DNA of 64,000 bases from NCBI GenBank assembly GCA_964194865.1, contig CAXMOC010000275.1, positions 1,482 to 65,481 of the forward strand. The letters run 5' to 3'. The notes under the pieces are model-generated. The model saw only the letters and a list, made by a program, of their open reading frames with translations. It was not told the origin of the DNA and did not search any database. The DNA comes from an uncultured Opitutales bacterium. GTDB taxonomy: Bacteria > Myxococcota_A > UBA9160 > SMWR01. Position 1 is the first letter of the stretch. Each line of letters begins with the position of its first letter. Shown in pieces: positions 35,834 through 44,235 of the stretch. A program made the position numbers and the translations under genes.

Positions 35834-38026
35834 ATGTCGACGGCCCCTCCTAAGATGACAGAGCCCGGCTCCAAGAGCCTGTCGGAACACGACTCCAAGG
35901 AGCTGTTGGCCAGCTACGGTGTCGCGCTGGCGCGGGAATCGCTGGCGGAGTCCGCCGACGAGGCCGTGCACGCGGCTACCGAGCTGGGCTTTCCGGTCGT
36001 GCTCAAGCTCTGCGGTGACTCCATCGCCCACAAGACGGAGCGCGACCTGGTTCGGCTGAATCTGCCGGATGCCAGCGCCGTGCGAACCGCGGGCGAAGAG
36101 CTGCTCTCACGGCGCCGGCCGGAGGATGGAGAGGTCGGTCTGCTGGTTGCGGAGCTGGTGCACGGCAAACGGGAACTGATCGCGGGCCTGGTGCGCGATC
36201 CGCAGTTGGGTCCTTGTGTGATGTTGGGACTGGGCGGCATTCTCACCGAGGCGCTAGAGGATGTCGTATTCGCGGCGGCACCGATCGACGAGGCCGATGT
36301 GCGGCGGATGCTGCACAGCTTGCGGGCGCATCGGCTCTTCACCCGCCCTTTTCGAGGCGATCCCGAGATCGACCTCGGCCTGCTCGCGGAAACGCTGGTC
36401 GGGCTCGGCAAGCTCGCAATCGCTCGGCCCGACGTCCTGAGCGTCGATATCAATCCGATGATCGTGCGCGGGGGGTCCCCCATCGCGGTCGACGCCCTGG
36501 TCCATCTGGAGGCTTCGAGAGCCGAGCCGCATCCCGAGCCTGCCCGCTCCCAATCGGGCAGTGCAGTCCTGGAGCGGTTTGCACCGCTGTTCATGCCGCG
36601 CGGAATCATCGTCGCCGGCGCCTCCGCGCACCCCGGAAAGTTCGGCTTCGTCGCGCTCCACAACCTGCTGCGCTTTGGATACGAAGGCGAGATCTTTCCG
36701 CTCAACCGCGACGGCACCCCCATTCTGGGCCGCGAGACCCTGCGCGACGTGGAGGAGATCCCCGAGGGCCGCGCCGATCTCGTGTTCGTGTGCACTCCGA
36801 ATCATCTGAATGTCGAGTTGCTGCGCGGCTGCGCGGCCAAGGGAGTGCGCGCTGCCTTCGTGGCCAGTGCCGGCTACGGCGAGGCCGGCGAGGCGGGTCG
36901 AGCTCTGGAGCGGGAACTCGCCGAGACGGCGGATGAGCTCGGCATGCTGCTCGCGGGGCCCAACGGACAAGGCGTCATCTCGACTCCACGCTCGATGTGC
37001 GCTCAGATCGTGGCACCGTATCCCCCGGCGGGTCGGATTTCGGTCGTGAGCCAAAGCGGCAATCTGGTGTCTTCGTTTCTCAATTACGCGACCGAAACCG
37101 GAGTGGGTATCAGCAAGGCAATCTCCTGCGGCAACCAGGCCCAGACCCAGCTCGCCGATTTTCTCGAGTACTTCGCCGCCGACCCCGATACCGACGTCGC
37201 GCTCGCCTATCTCGAGGGCCTGGTGGACGGTGCCCGCTTCCTCGAAGTGGTTCGCGAGCTGACTGCGCGCAAGCCTCTGGTGCTGGTGAAAGGCGGTGTC
37301 GCGGCGGAGGGCCAGCGGGCCGCGGCGAGCCACACCGGCTCGATGGCCACCGACGACAAGATCTTCGACGGCCTGTGTCGTCAGCTCGGAGTGCTGCGCG
37401 CTCCCACCGTCGAGGCAGCGTTCGAATGGGCGGCAACCCTGGCCACCCAGCCGCTGCCGCGCGGTCGGCGCACGATCGTTTTCACCACCGCGGGCGGCTG
37501 GGGGGTGCTGGCTGCCGACGCCTGCGTGGCCGCCGGCCTCGAGCTGGTCGCACTGCCCGAGGAGATCCGCAGCGCGGTCGACGAGCTGGTTCCCGCCCGC
37601 TGGAGCCGCAACAACCCGATCGATCTGGCGGGTGGCGAGACCCGCGACACGATCCCGCAGGTTCTCGATCTGCTCTGCGCCCATCCCGACGTCGACGCCG
37701 TCGTCCACCTCGGTCTGGGCATCCAGGCCGCCTCGGCCAATACGATGAAAACCGGCGACTATTATCCGGACTACGGGTTGGAGCGAATCGTCTCGTTTCA
37801 CGAACGCCAGGACCGACGCTATGCCGAGGCGGCGCGTGAGGCTTCCGAGCGACACGGCAAGCCTGTCCTCTCGGCAACGGAGCTGGCGCATGCCGACCCG
37901 ACGGGCTCGAACCCCGGACCGGCGGGCGTTCGAGAGGGAGGCCGCGTCTGTTACGCGAGCGCTCACCACGCGGTGCGCGCTCTGCGCGCCCTGGTGGACT
38001 ACGCGGAGTTCAGGGCCGGCGTGTGA
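35834..38026 (+). CDS. ADP-forming acetyl/acyl-CoA synthetase family protein (fused ATP-grasp + CoA-binding/ligase domains)
   Basis: N-terminal ATP-grasp part (SEHDSKELLASYGV...VVLKL), then the CoA-binding part (RGIIVAGASAHPGKFG) and the CoA-ligase part. An alternative ATG is at 35855. Confidence 0.82.
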   Translation: MSTAPPKMTEPGSKSLSEHDSKELLASYGVALARESLAESADEAVHAATELGFPVVLKLCGDSIAHKTERDLVRLNLPDASAVRTAGEELLSRRRPEDGEVGLLVAELVHGKRELIAGLVRDPQLGPCVMLGLGGILTEALEDVVFAAAPIDEADVRRMLHSLRAHRLFTRPFRGDPEIDLGLLAETLVGLGKLAIARPDVLSVDINPMIVRGGSPIAVDALVHLEASRAEPHPEPARSQSGSAVLERFAPLFMPRGIIVAGASAHPGKFGFVALHNLLRFGYEGEIFPLNRDGTPILGRETLRDVEEIPEGRADLVFVCTPNHLNVELLRGCAAKGVRAAFVASAGYGEAGEAGRALERELAETADELGMLLAGPNGQGVISTPRSMCAQIVAPYPPAGRISVVSQSGNLVSSFLNYATETGVGISKAISCGNQAQTQLADFLEYFAADPDTDVALAYLEGLVDGARFLEVVRELTARKPLVLVKGGVAAEGQRAAASHTGSMATDDKIFDGLCRQLGVLRAPTVEAAFEWAATLATQPLPRGRRTIVFTTAGGWGVLAADACVAAGLELVALPEEIRSAVDELVPARWSRNNPIDLAGGETRDTIPQVLDLLCAHPDVDAVVHLGLGIQAASANTMKTGDYYPDYGLERIVSFHERQDRRYAEAAREASERHGKPVLSATELAHADPTGSNPGPAGVREGGRVCYASAHHAVRALRALVDYAEFRAGV

Positions 38027-38042
38027 AGGCCGACCGGGACGC

Positions 38043-38858
38043 TCATCCGAAGATCCGGGAATCGACTTCTACGCCGATGGGGCAGTGATCGGACCCCATG
38101 ACCCTTGGATAGATCATCGCGTTGCTCACGTACTTCATCGCGGCTGGAGAAGCCAGCACCAGGTCGATGCGCCAGCCGATGTTCTTCTTGCGGACGCCGA
38201 AGCGCTGACTCCACCAGGTGTAACGCCCAGCAGCGCCGTCGAAGTGGCGGTAGGTATCGATCCAGCCTGCGTCGAGCCAGCGATCGATTTCCGCGCTCTC
38301 CTCGGGAAGGAAGCCGCTGGTGTCGCGATTCTGCTTTGGCCGGGCGAGGTCGATATCGCGGTGGGCGGTGTTGAAGTCGCCCATCACCAGCACTCGAGCG
38401 CCGCTGCGACGGATCCGCTGGAGCCGATCGAATAGCGCCCGGTAGAAGTCGAGCTTGTACGGAACCCGACTGTTGTCCCGCTGCTCTCCGCTGCCGTTCG
38501 GGAAGTAGACGTTCGCGACGGCCAGACGGCCGAAGCGAGCGATCTGCACGCGCCCTTCGCGGTCGAAGCGTTCCTCGCCGAGCCTGGTTTCGAGCCGATC
38601 GGGCGCCCGTCGCGCGAAGAGCGCGACACCGCTGTATCCCTTCCTCTCGGCGGGCGAAAACGCCACCTTCCAGCGTTTCGGCGCGCGGAGGTTGTTCGGG
38701 ACCTGTTCGGGGGTGGCGCGCACCTCCTGGACTCCGACGATCTCGGCGCCGCAGCGGCCGAGCCAGCGGCCGAAGCCCTTCTTGGCGCACGCCCGCAAGC
38801 CATTGACGTTCCAGGAAAGAATTCGCGCGGTGGTAGGCACCGTGGGGGGCGCGGACAC
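38043..38858 (-). CDS. xthA: exodeoxyribonuclease III
   Basis: ILSWNVNGLRA, GVQE, and C-terminal SDHCPI motifs. Confidence 0.9.
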   Translation of the reverse strand: MSAPPTVPTTARILSWNVNGLRACAKKGFGRWLGRCGAEIVGVQEVRATPEQVPNNLRAPKRWKVAFSPAERKGYSGVALFARRAPDRLETRLGEERFDREGRVQIARFGRLAVANVYFPNGSGEQRDNSRVPYKLDFYRALFDRLQRIRRSGARVLVMGDFNTAHRDIDLARPKQNRDTSGFLPEESAEIDRWLDAGWIDTYRHFDGAAGRYTWWSQRFGVRKKNIGWRIDLVLASPAAMKYVSNAMIYPRVMGSDHCPIGVEVDSRIFG

Positions 38859-38862
38859 CGGG

Positions 38863-40764
38863 TCAGGAATCGGCCGACAGGTAGGTATAACCCTGGAGAC
38901 CCTGCTGGTAGCGCTCGAGCAGTCGGGCGGATTCCTCCAGGCTGATCTGATCGCGCCGCAGGGCGCTCTCGATGATCCGGCGCACCTTTTCGATCAGGGG
39001 TCGGCGTTCGTATTGCACGTAGGCGAGCACGTCTTCCACCGCGTCGCCCTCCACCACGTACTCCACCTGGTAGCCGCCGGCTTCGTCGAGCTTCACGTGG
39101 ACCGCGTCGGTGTCGCCGAACAGATTGTGGAGATCGCCCAGGATTTCCTGGTAGGCGCCCACCAGGAATAGTCCGATGTAGTAGGGCGCGTCGTTCCAGG
39201 GGTGGAGTTCGATCACTTCCTTGACGCCGCGGTGATCGATGAACTGATCGATCTTGCCATCGCTGTCGCAGGTGAGGTCGGCGAAGATGCCTCGGCGGCT
39301 CGGCTCTTCGTCGAGGCGGTGGATCGGCATCACGGGAAAGAGCTGTTTCACCGCCCAGTGGTCCGGCGCGCTCTGGAACACCGAAAAGTTTCCGTAGTAG
39401 GTATCGGCGAGTCCCTTCTCCAGGTCTTCGAGGTCCTCGGGAACCTCCGGTAGCTTGCGAACGATTTCGAGAATTCGATCGCAGCAGCTCCAGAACAGGC
39501 GCTCGACCTTGGAGCGGGCGCGCAGATCGAGGTATCCGAGAGAGAACAACGTGGACGCTTCTTCCTTGAGCTGCACGGCGTCGTGATACGACTCCTGCAC
39601 GTTCTCTCCAGCCACCCGATGCCAGACGGCGTCGAGGTCGCGGAGCACCTTGGGGGCGTCGTCCGCGATCGTCTCGGGTCGCGAGCGGGGCAGCATTTCG
39701 TTGACACCCAACACGTCGAAAATCAGCACCGAATGGTGTGCCACCATCGCCCGACCGGATTCGGTCACGATGTCTGGATGCGCGACTCCAGCTTCGTCGC
39801 AGGCCTCCTGGATGAACGAAATCACATCGTTCGCGTACTCCTGGGAGGAGTAGTTCTTCGACGAGTGGAAATCGGTGCTCGAACCGTCGTAGTCCACACC
39901 GAGGCCGCCGCCGACGTCGATCAGGTTGGGTGTGGCGCCCATCTCGTGAAGTCCGACGAAGATGCGGCTGGCTTCGGCGAGTGCGTCCTTGTGCGCCCGG
40001 GCCGCGGTGATCTGCGAGCCGATGTGAAAGTGCAGCAGCTCCAGACAGTCGAGCATGTCTTCGGAGCGCAGCCGGTCGACGGCGTCGACGATCTCGAGCG
40101 ACGAGAGCCCGAACTTCGAGCGATCCCCCGTCGATTCCACCCATTTGCCGGCGCCCGCGGTCGTGAGGCGCGCCCGGATGCCAAGGTGTGGGCGAATTCC
40201 GAGTTCGCTTGCGGTCTTGACCACGAGGTCGATCTCGTGGAAGCGATCGATCACCACGACGGGCGTTCGTCCCAGCCGTTGCGCGAGGAGTGCCATCTCC
40301 ACGTAGGCACGATCCTTGTAGCCGTTACAGATGATCAGCGCGTCAGCGGTGTCGAGCAGGGCCAGGGCGATGAGCAGTTCCGGTTTGCTACCGGCTTCGA
40401 GCCCCATCCGTTCGGCCGCGCCGTGCTGGATGATCTCTTCCACCACATGCCGCTGCTGATTCACCTTGATCGGATAGACGCCGCGGTAACGGCCCCGATA
40501 CGCGTACTCGTCGATGGAGCGGCGGAAGCAGTCATTCAATCGCTGCACGCGGCTGGCCAGGATGTCCGTGAATCGAATCAACAGCGGGGTGCGCACTCCG
40601 CGCCGCCTGAGATCCTGAACCAGTTCGAGCAGGTCGATCCTGCTGGCGTCGCCGATGCGCGGGGAGACCTGGACGTGTCCCTCGTCGTTGATCCCGAAGA
40701 AGTCGGCACCCCAGTTGGCGACCTTGTAGAGCTCGAGGCTGTCACGGGTCGTCCAGGCGGACAT
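38863..40764 (-). CDS. speA: biosynthetic arginine decarboxylase
   Basis: MSAWTTRDSLELYKVANWGADFFGINDEGHV N-terminus. PLP-dependent group IV decarboxylase body. About 630 aa. Confidence 0.9.
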   Translation of the reverse strand: MSAWTTRDSLELYKVANWGADFFGINDEGHVQVSPRIGDASRIDLLELVQDLRRRGVRTPLLIRFTDILASRVQRLNDCFRRSIDEYAYRGRYRGVYPIKVNQQRHVVEEIIQHGAAERMGLEAGSKPELLIALALLDTADALIICNGYKDRAYVEMALLAQRLGRTPVVVIDRFHEIDLVVKTASELGIRPHLGIRARLTTAGAGKWVESTGDRSKFGLSSLEIVDAVDRLRSEDMLDCLELLHFHIGSQITAARAHKDALAEASRIFVGLHEMGATPNLIDVGGGLGVDYDGSSTDFHSSKNYSSQEYANDVISFIQEACDEAGVAHPDIVTESGRAMVAHHSVLIFDVLGVNEMLPRSRPETIADDAPKVLRDLDAVWHRVAGENVQESYHDAVQLKEEASTLFSLGYLDLRARSKVERLFWSCCDRILEIVRKLPEVPEDLEDLEKGLADTYYGNFSVFQSAPDHWAVKQLFPVMPIHRLDEEPSRRGIFADLTCDSDGKIDQFIDHRGVKEVIELHPWNDAPYYIGLFLVGAYQEILGDLHNLFGDTDAVHVKLDEAGGYQVEYVVEGDAVEDVLAYVQYERRPLIEKVRRIIESALRRDQISLEESARLLERYQQGLQGYTYLSADS

Positions 40765-40880
40765 GACGGATCCCTCGCGCGAGAGCGCCGGGGACGGCAA
40801 CCTCGCGGGCGTGATCCTAGCCTGGATTCAGTCGATCCAGTCCGGGTACAGTTGGGGTTCAGTCGGGCTTCAGTTGTGCT

Positions 40881-42161
40881 TTAGTCGGGAATCGGCGCGT
40901 TGCGTTGCTCCCCGGTCGCGAGATCCCGAACCAGGGCTTCACCCCGCTCCAGCTCATCGGGGCCGACCAGGTAGATCTCCGCAGCGCCCGAGCGGTCTGC
41001 CCCCGCGAGCACCCGTTTGAGTCGCGTGTCGCCGAGAACCAGCTCGACCTGGCGGCCCTGCGCCCGCAGATCGCTCGCGATGCGCACCGCTGCAGTTCGT
41101 TGCGCGTCGGAGAAGGCGAAAACCACGGTGAACGGGGCTCGGGACAGATCTGGGAGGCGCTTTTGCTCCGCGAGCAACTCGCCGATCACCACGTCTCCGA
41201 GACCGAACCCAACCGCCGCCGTGGCAGGTCCCCCCAGGGTTTCGAGCAGCCGGTCGTAGCGGCCTCCGCCGCAAATGGCGCGCAGCTGTCGCCCTGTGTC
41301 GAAGGCTTCGAAGACCACACCGGTGTAGTACGCCAGCCCGCGAACGATCGAAGCGTCGAAGACGACGCGATCTCGGTGTCCGTAGGCGTCGATCAGCTCG
41401 AAGAGCCGCAGCAGCTCTTGCAGTGCCGCGGAGCTCGTCCCGGCGGCGTTTTCGGCGTCGGCGATCTCTCGCAGCTCGAGCCACTGCAGCACGAAGCGCG
41501 CATCTTCCGTTGGCAGGGCCACGGGGCCCGCTGCATCCGTGAGCAGCTCGGTCACCCCGTCTGCGCCGATCTTGTCGAGCTTGTCGATGGCGACGCAGAG
41601 AGCCGGGAAGACCTCAGGCCGCTGCTTCAAGACAGTTTCCCGCAGCGTCTCTTCCAGCAGGGCGCGGCTGCTGATGCGGATCTTCACGCCCCCCGGTTCG
41701 AGGCCGAGTGAGTCGAGAAGCTGAAAGATCGCAGCAATCAGCTCCGCCTCTGCGGTTACCCCGGGCTCGCCCCAGATGTCCATGTTCCACTGGTAGTGCT
41801 CGCGCTTGCGTCCCCGACTCATGCGCTCGTAACGCCAGCATTGGGGCAGGCTGAACCAACGCAGCGGAAAGCGCAGGCCGCCGCGGCGCGCCATCACCAT
41901 ACGGGCCACCTGCGGTGTGATCTCCGGCCGCAGCGCCAGGCTCTTGCCGTGCAGCTCGAAGTGGTAGAGCTGATCGACGATCTCTTCTCCCGCCTTGCGG
42001 GTGAACAGCTCGGCCTGCTCGAGCACGGGAGCATCGACCTCCTCGAAGCCGAACAGGGCCGCGGTGGCGCGAAAGTGCTCGAAGAGCCAGCTTCGGAGGC
42101 GGAGCTCCTCGGGGTAGAAGTCGCGGGTGCCGCGGGGCGCCTGGAAGCTCTGGCTGCTCAC
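40881..42161 (-). CDS. hisS: histidine--tRNA ligase
   Basis: PRGTRDFYPEE, LALRPEITP, class II motifs, and a C-terminal anticodon-binding domain. Confidence 0.88.
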   Translation of the reverse strand: MSSQSFQAPRGTRDFYPEELRLRSWLFEHFRATAALFGFEEVDAPVLEQAELFTRKAGEEIVDQLYHFELHGKSLALRPEITPQVARMVMARRGGLRFPLRWFSLPQCWRYERMSRGRKREHYQWNMDIWGEPGVTAEAELIAAIFQLLDSLGLEPGGVKIRISSRALLEETLRETVLKQRPEVFPALCVAIDKLDKIGADGVTELLTDAAGPVALPTEDARFVLQWLELREIADAENAAGTSSAALQELLRLFELIDAYGHRDRVVFDASIVRGLAYYTGVVFEAFDTGRQLRAICGGGRYDRLLETLGGPATAAVGFGLGDVVIGELLAEQKRLPDLSRAPFTVVFAFSDAQRTAAVRIASDLRAQGRQVELVLGDTRLKRVLAGADRSGAAEIYLVGPDELERGEALVRDLATGEQRNAPIPD

Positions 42162-42268
42162 GGTCTCTCCATATCACACCGCGGCCGCCTCGTCTCAACT
42201 CGACCCGAGATCGCTGTCGATCCACGTTGAGACTGCTATCCCTCCGCTTCCAACTCTCGGGAGGGCCC

Positions 42269-43597
42269 ATGACGATCTGTCGGTTCACACTCATGCTGGC
42301 GCTGAGCGCCGCATTGGCCGCCTGCGGAGGCGAGGATGCGCCCCCGAGCGATCGACCCTCCCAGCCCGCAGCGGCCACAGCGACCGCCAAGCCGAAGCCG
42401 GCCCAACCCACCACGGCAGATTCCCTACCGAAGGGGATCGTGCTCTCGCTGGCCCAGTTCGTGACGGAGACGGGCGATGACGGCAAGGACAAGGTCGTGC
42501 CCGGCCCAGCCCGGCTGGAGTTCCTGTACCGCCAGGACGGCCGCTGGCAGACCGCTGAGCTCGAGGATCCGGAGAGCAACGTCTTCCACAAGGCGATGAG
42601 CTACGAGATCGGCGGCGAACAGCGGCTGCTGACGCTGGGCGGCACCGCAGCCATCCTCAAATCATGGGAGCTCACGGAAGAGGGTCTCGTGCCGACCGTA
42701 CTGTGGCAGAAGGACTTCGGCGGACGATTCAGCCGTATGCGCGACGCCGAAATCGCCGACATCTTCGGCGATGGAAGCGTCGTATTTGCTGTCGCCACCC
42801 ACGATCAGGGCGTCGTGGCACTGGTGCGTCCGAGCGGCGATGGCTTCGACGTGCAGGAGTTGGATCAGAAGGAGAACACCTTCGTCCACGAAGTCGAAGT
42901 AGGCGATCTCGACGGGGACGGGGTACTCGAGCTGTACGCCACGCCGAGTGAGCCCAACCGCCTCGACGGGTCGCCCCAGTCGGGAGAGGTGGTTCGCTAC
43001 GTCCCGGCCAAGGGCGATGAGCGGGTCGTCGTCGCCGATCTCGGCGACCGCCACGCCAAGGAAATCCTGGTGACGGACATCGACGGCGACGGGCGAGACG
43101 AGCTCTACGTGTCCGTCGAGGGCGAGATCGAGAAGAAGGGAGGGAGCAAGCGAATCAAGTCGCCGGTGGAGATTCGTCGCTACGACGCCGACACCCCCCC
43201 CGCTGAGGGTGTGTTGATCGGAGTCTTGCAGGACTCAATGAGTCGCTTCCTGACCGCTGGCGACGTGGAGGGTGACGGCAAGCGGGAGCTCGTCGCAGCT
43301 GCCTTCAGCAGCGGAGTCTGGCTGTTTCGGCCGGACGGCGGAACGGGAGGGCGCTGGAAGAGCGAGTTGATCGACCGAGACTCCGCCGGCTTCGAGCACG
43401 CATCGATTCTCACCGATCTCGATGGTGACGGCGCGGACGAGCTCTACGTCGCGAGCGATCGCGACAAGGAGGTCCGTCGCTACGTCTGGAATGGAGCGCG
43501 CATGGTGCGAGAGACGATCTACAAGCGTCCCGACGACCGGCCTATCTTTACCTGGAATCTGATGCCCGTACCCGTCGAACTGATTCCGCGCGGCTAG
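42269..43597 (+). CDS. FG-GAP/VCBS repeat lipoprotein
   Basis: GGGAGGG SD. Lipobox LSAALAAC. Repeats GDLDGDGVLELY, TDIDGDGRDELYV, GDVEGDGKRELV, TDLDGDGADELYV. Confidence 0.75.
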   Translation: MTICRFTLMLALSAALAACGGEDAPPSDRPSQPAAATATAKPKPAQPTTADSLPKGIVLSLAQFVTETGDDGKDKVVPGPARLEFLYRQDGRWQTAELEDPESNVFHKAMSYEIGGEQRLLTLGGTAAILKSWELTEEGLVPTVLWQKDFGGRFSRMRDAEIADIFGDGSVVFAVATHDQGVVALVRPSGDGFDVQELDQKENTFVHEVEVGDLDGDGVLELYATPSEPNRLDGSPQSGEVVRYVPAKGDERVVVADLGDRHAKEILVTDIDGDGRDELYVSVEGEIEKKGGSKRIKSPVEIRRYDADTPPAEGVLIGVLQDSMSRFLTAGDVEGDGKRELVAAAFSSGVWLFRPDGGTGGRWKSELIDRDSAGFEHASILTDLDGDGADELYVASDRDKEVRRYVWNGARMVRETIYKRPDDRPIFTWNLMPVPVELIPRG

Positions 43598-43671
43598 GAG
43601 CGCCCTCAGCGCCGGACCCCAAAATCTGAAGGAACGGGTCCCGGGCAATCGGCCGGCGGAAACCGTGGCGT

Positions 43672-44010
43672 CTAGCCCGGGGGCCAGCCGAAGCCGCGGC
43701 CGCCGAGAACGTGGACGTGAAGGTGGAACACCGTCTGTCCGGCGCCGGCCCCGTTGTTGATCACCACCCGGAAGTTCTCCAATCCCGCATCCTTCGCGAC
43801 CCGGTTCGCCACCAACAGCAGGTGACCCAGTAAGGAGGCGTCTTCCTCGGCCGCCTGGGCGAGGGTTTCCAGCGGCTTGCGGGGGATCACGAGTAGATGG
43901 GTGGGAGCGGCGGCATTCAGATCGCGAAATGCGAGCGCCCGATCGTCCTGGTAGACGATCTCCGCGGGCGCCTCGCCCCGCTCGATCTTCCCGAAAATCG
44001 TGTCGGCCAT
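43672..44010 (-). CDS. HIT family (histidine triad) protein
   Basis: HLHVHVLGG triad. 112 aa. Confidence 0.88.
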   Translation of the reverse strand: MADTIFGKIERGEAPAEIVYQDDRALAFRDLNAAAPTHLLVIPRKPLETLAQAAEEDASLLGHLLLVANRVAKDAGLENFRVVINNGAGAGQTVFHLHVHVLGGRGFGWPPG

Positions 44011-44235
44011 CAGAAGGCATGCAGCCTGCCGAAACGGGCACTTAGGCGCAACTCACCCGCGGGGATCAGCCAGTTGCTCAAGTAGCTCCCGGATTGGCCC
44101 GACGGTTAGGTCGCCCGCATTGCCGGGAGACTTCGACGCGCCGAGCAGGCTGCCCGGCGGGGTCGGAGTTGTCAGGGGCGGGCCGTCGGGCTAAGGATGA
44201 GAGCCCGATCTGTCCCCCCAGGGAGCTGGAGAACG

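Noticed and set aside
42192-42233. Inverted repeat GTCTCAAC...GTTGAGAC (with inner TCGAC/GTCGA) upstream of hisS, considered as a T-box or attenuator leader.
   Set aside because: There is no T-box sequence or specifier-loop features, and the region is only about 100 nt and shared with a divergent gene. It may be a simple operator or hairpin, but I cannot support a call.
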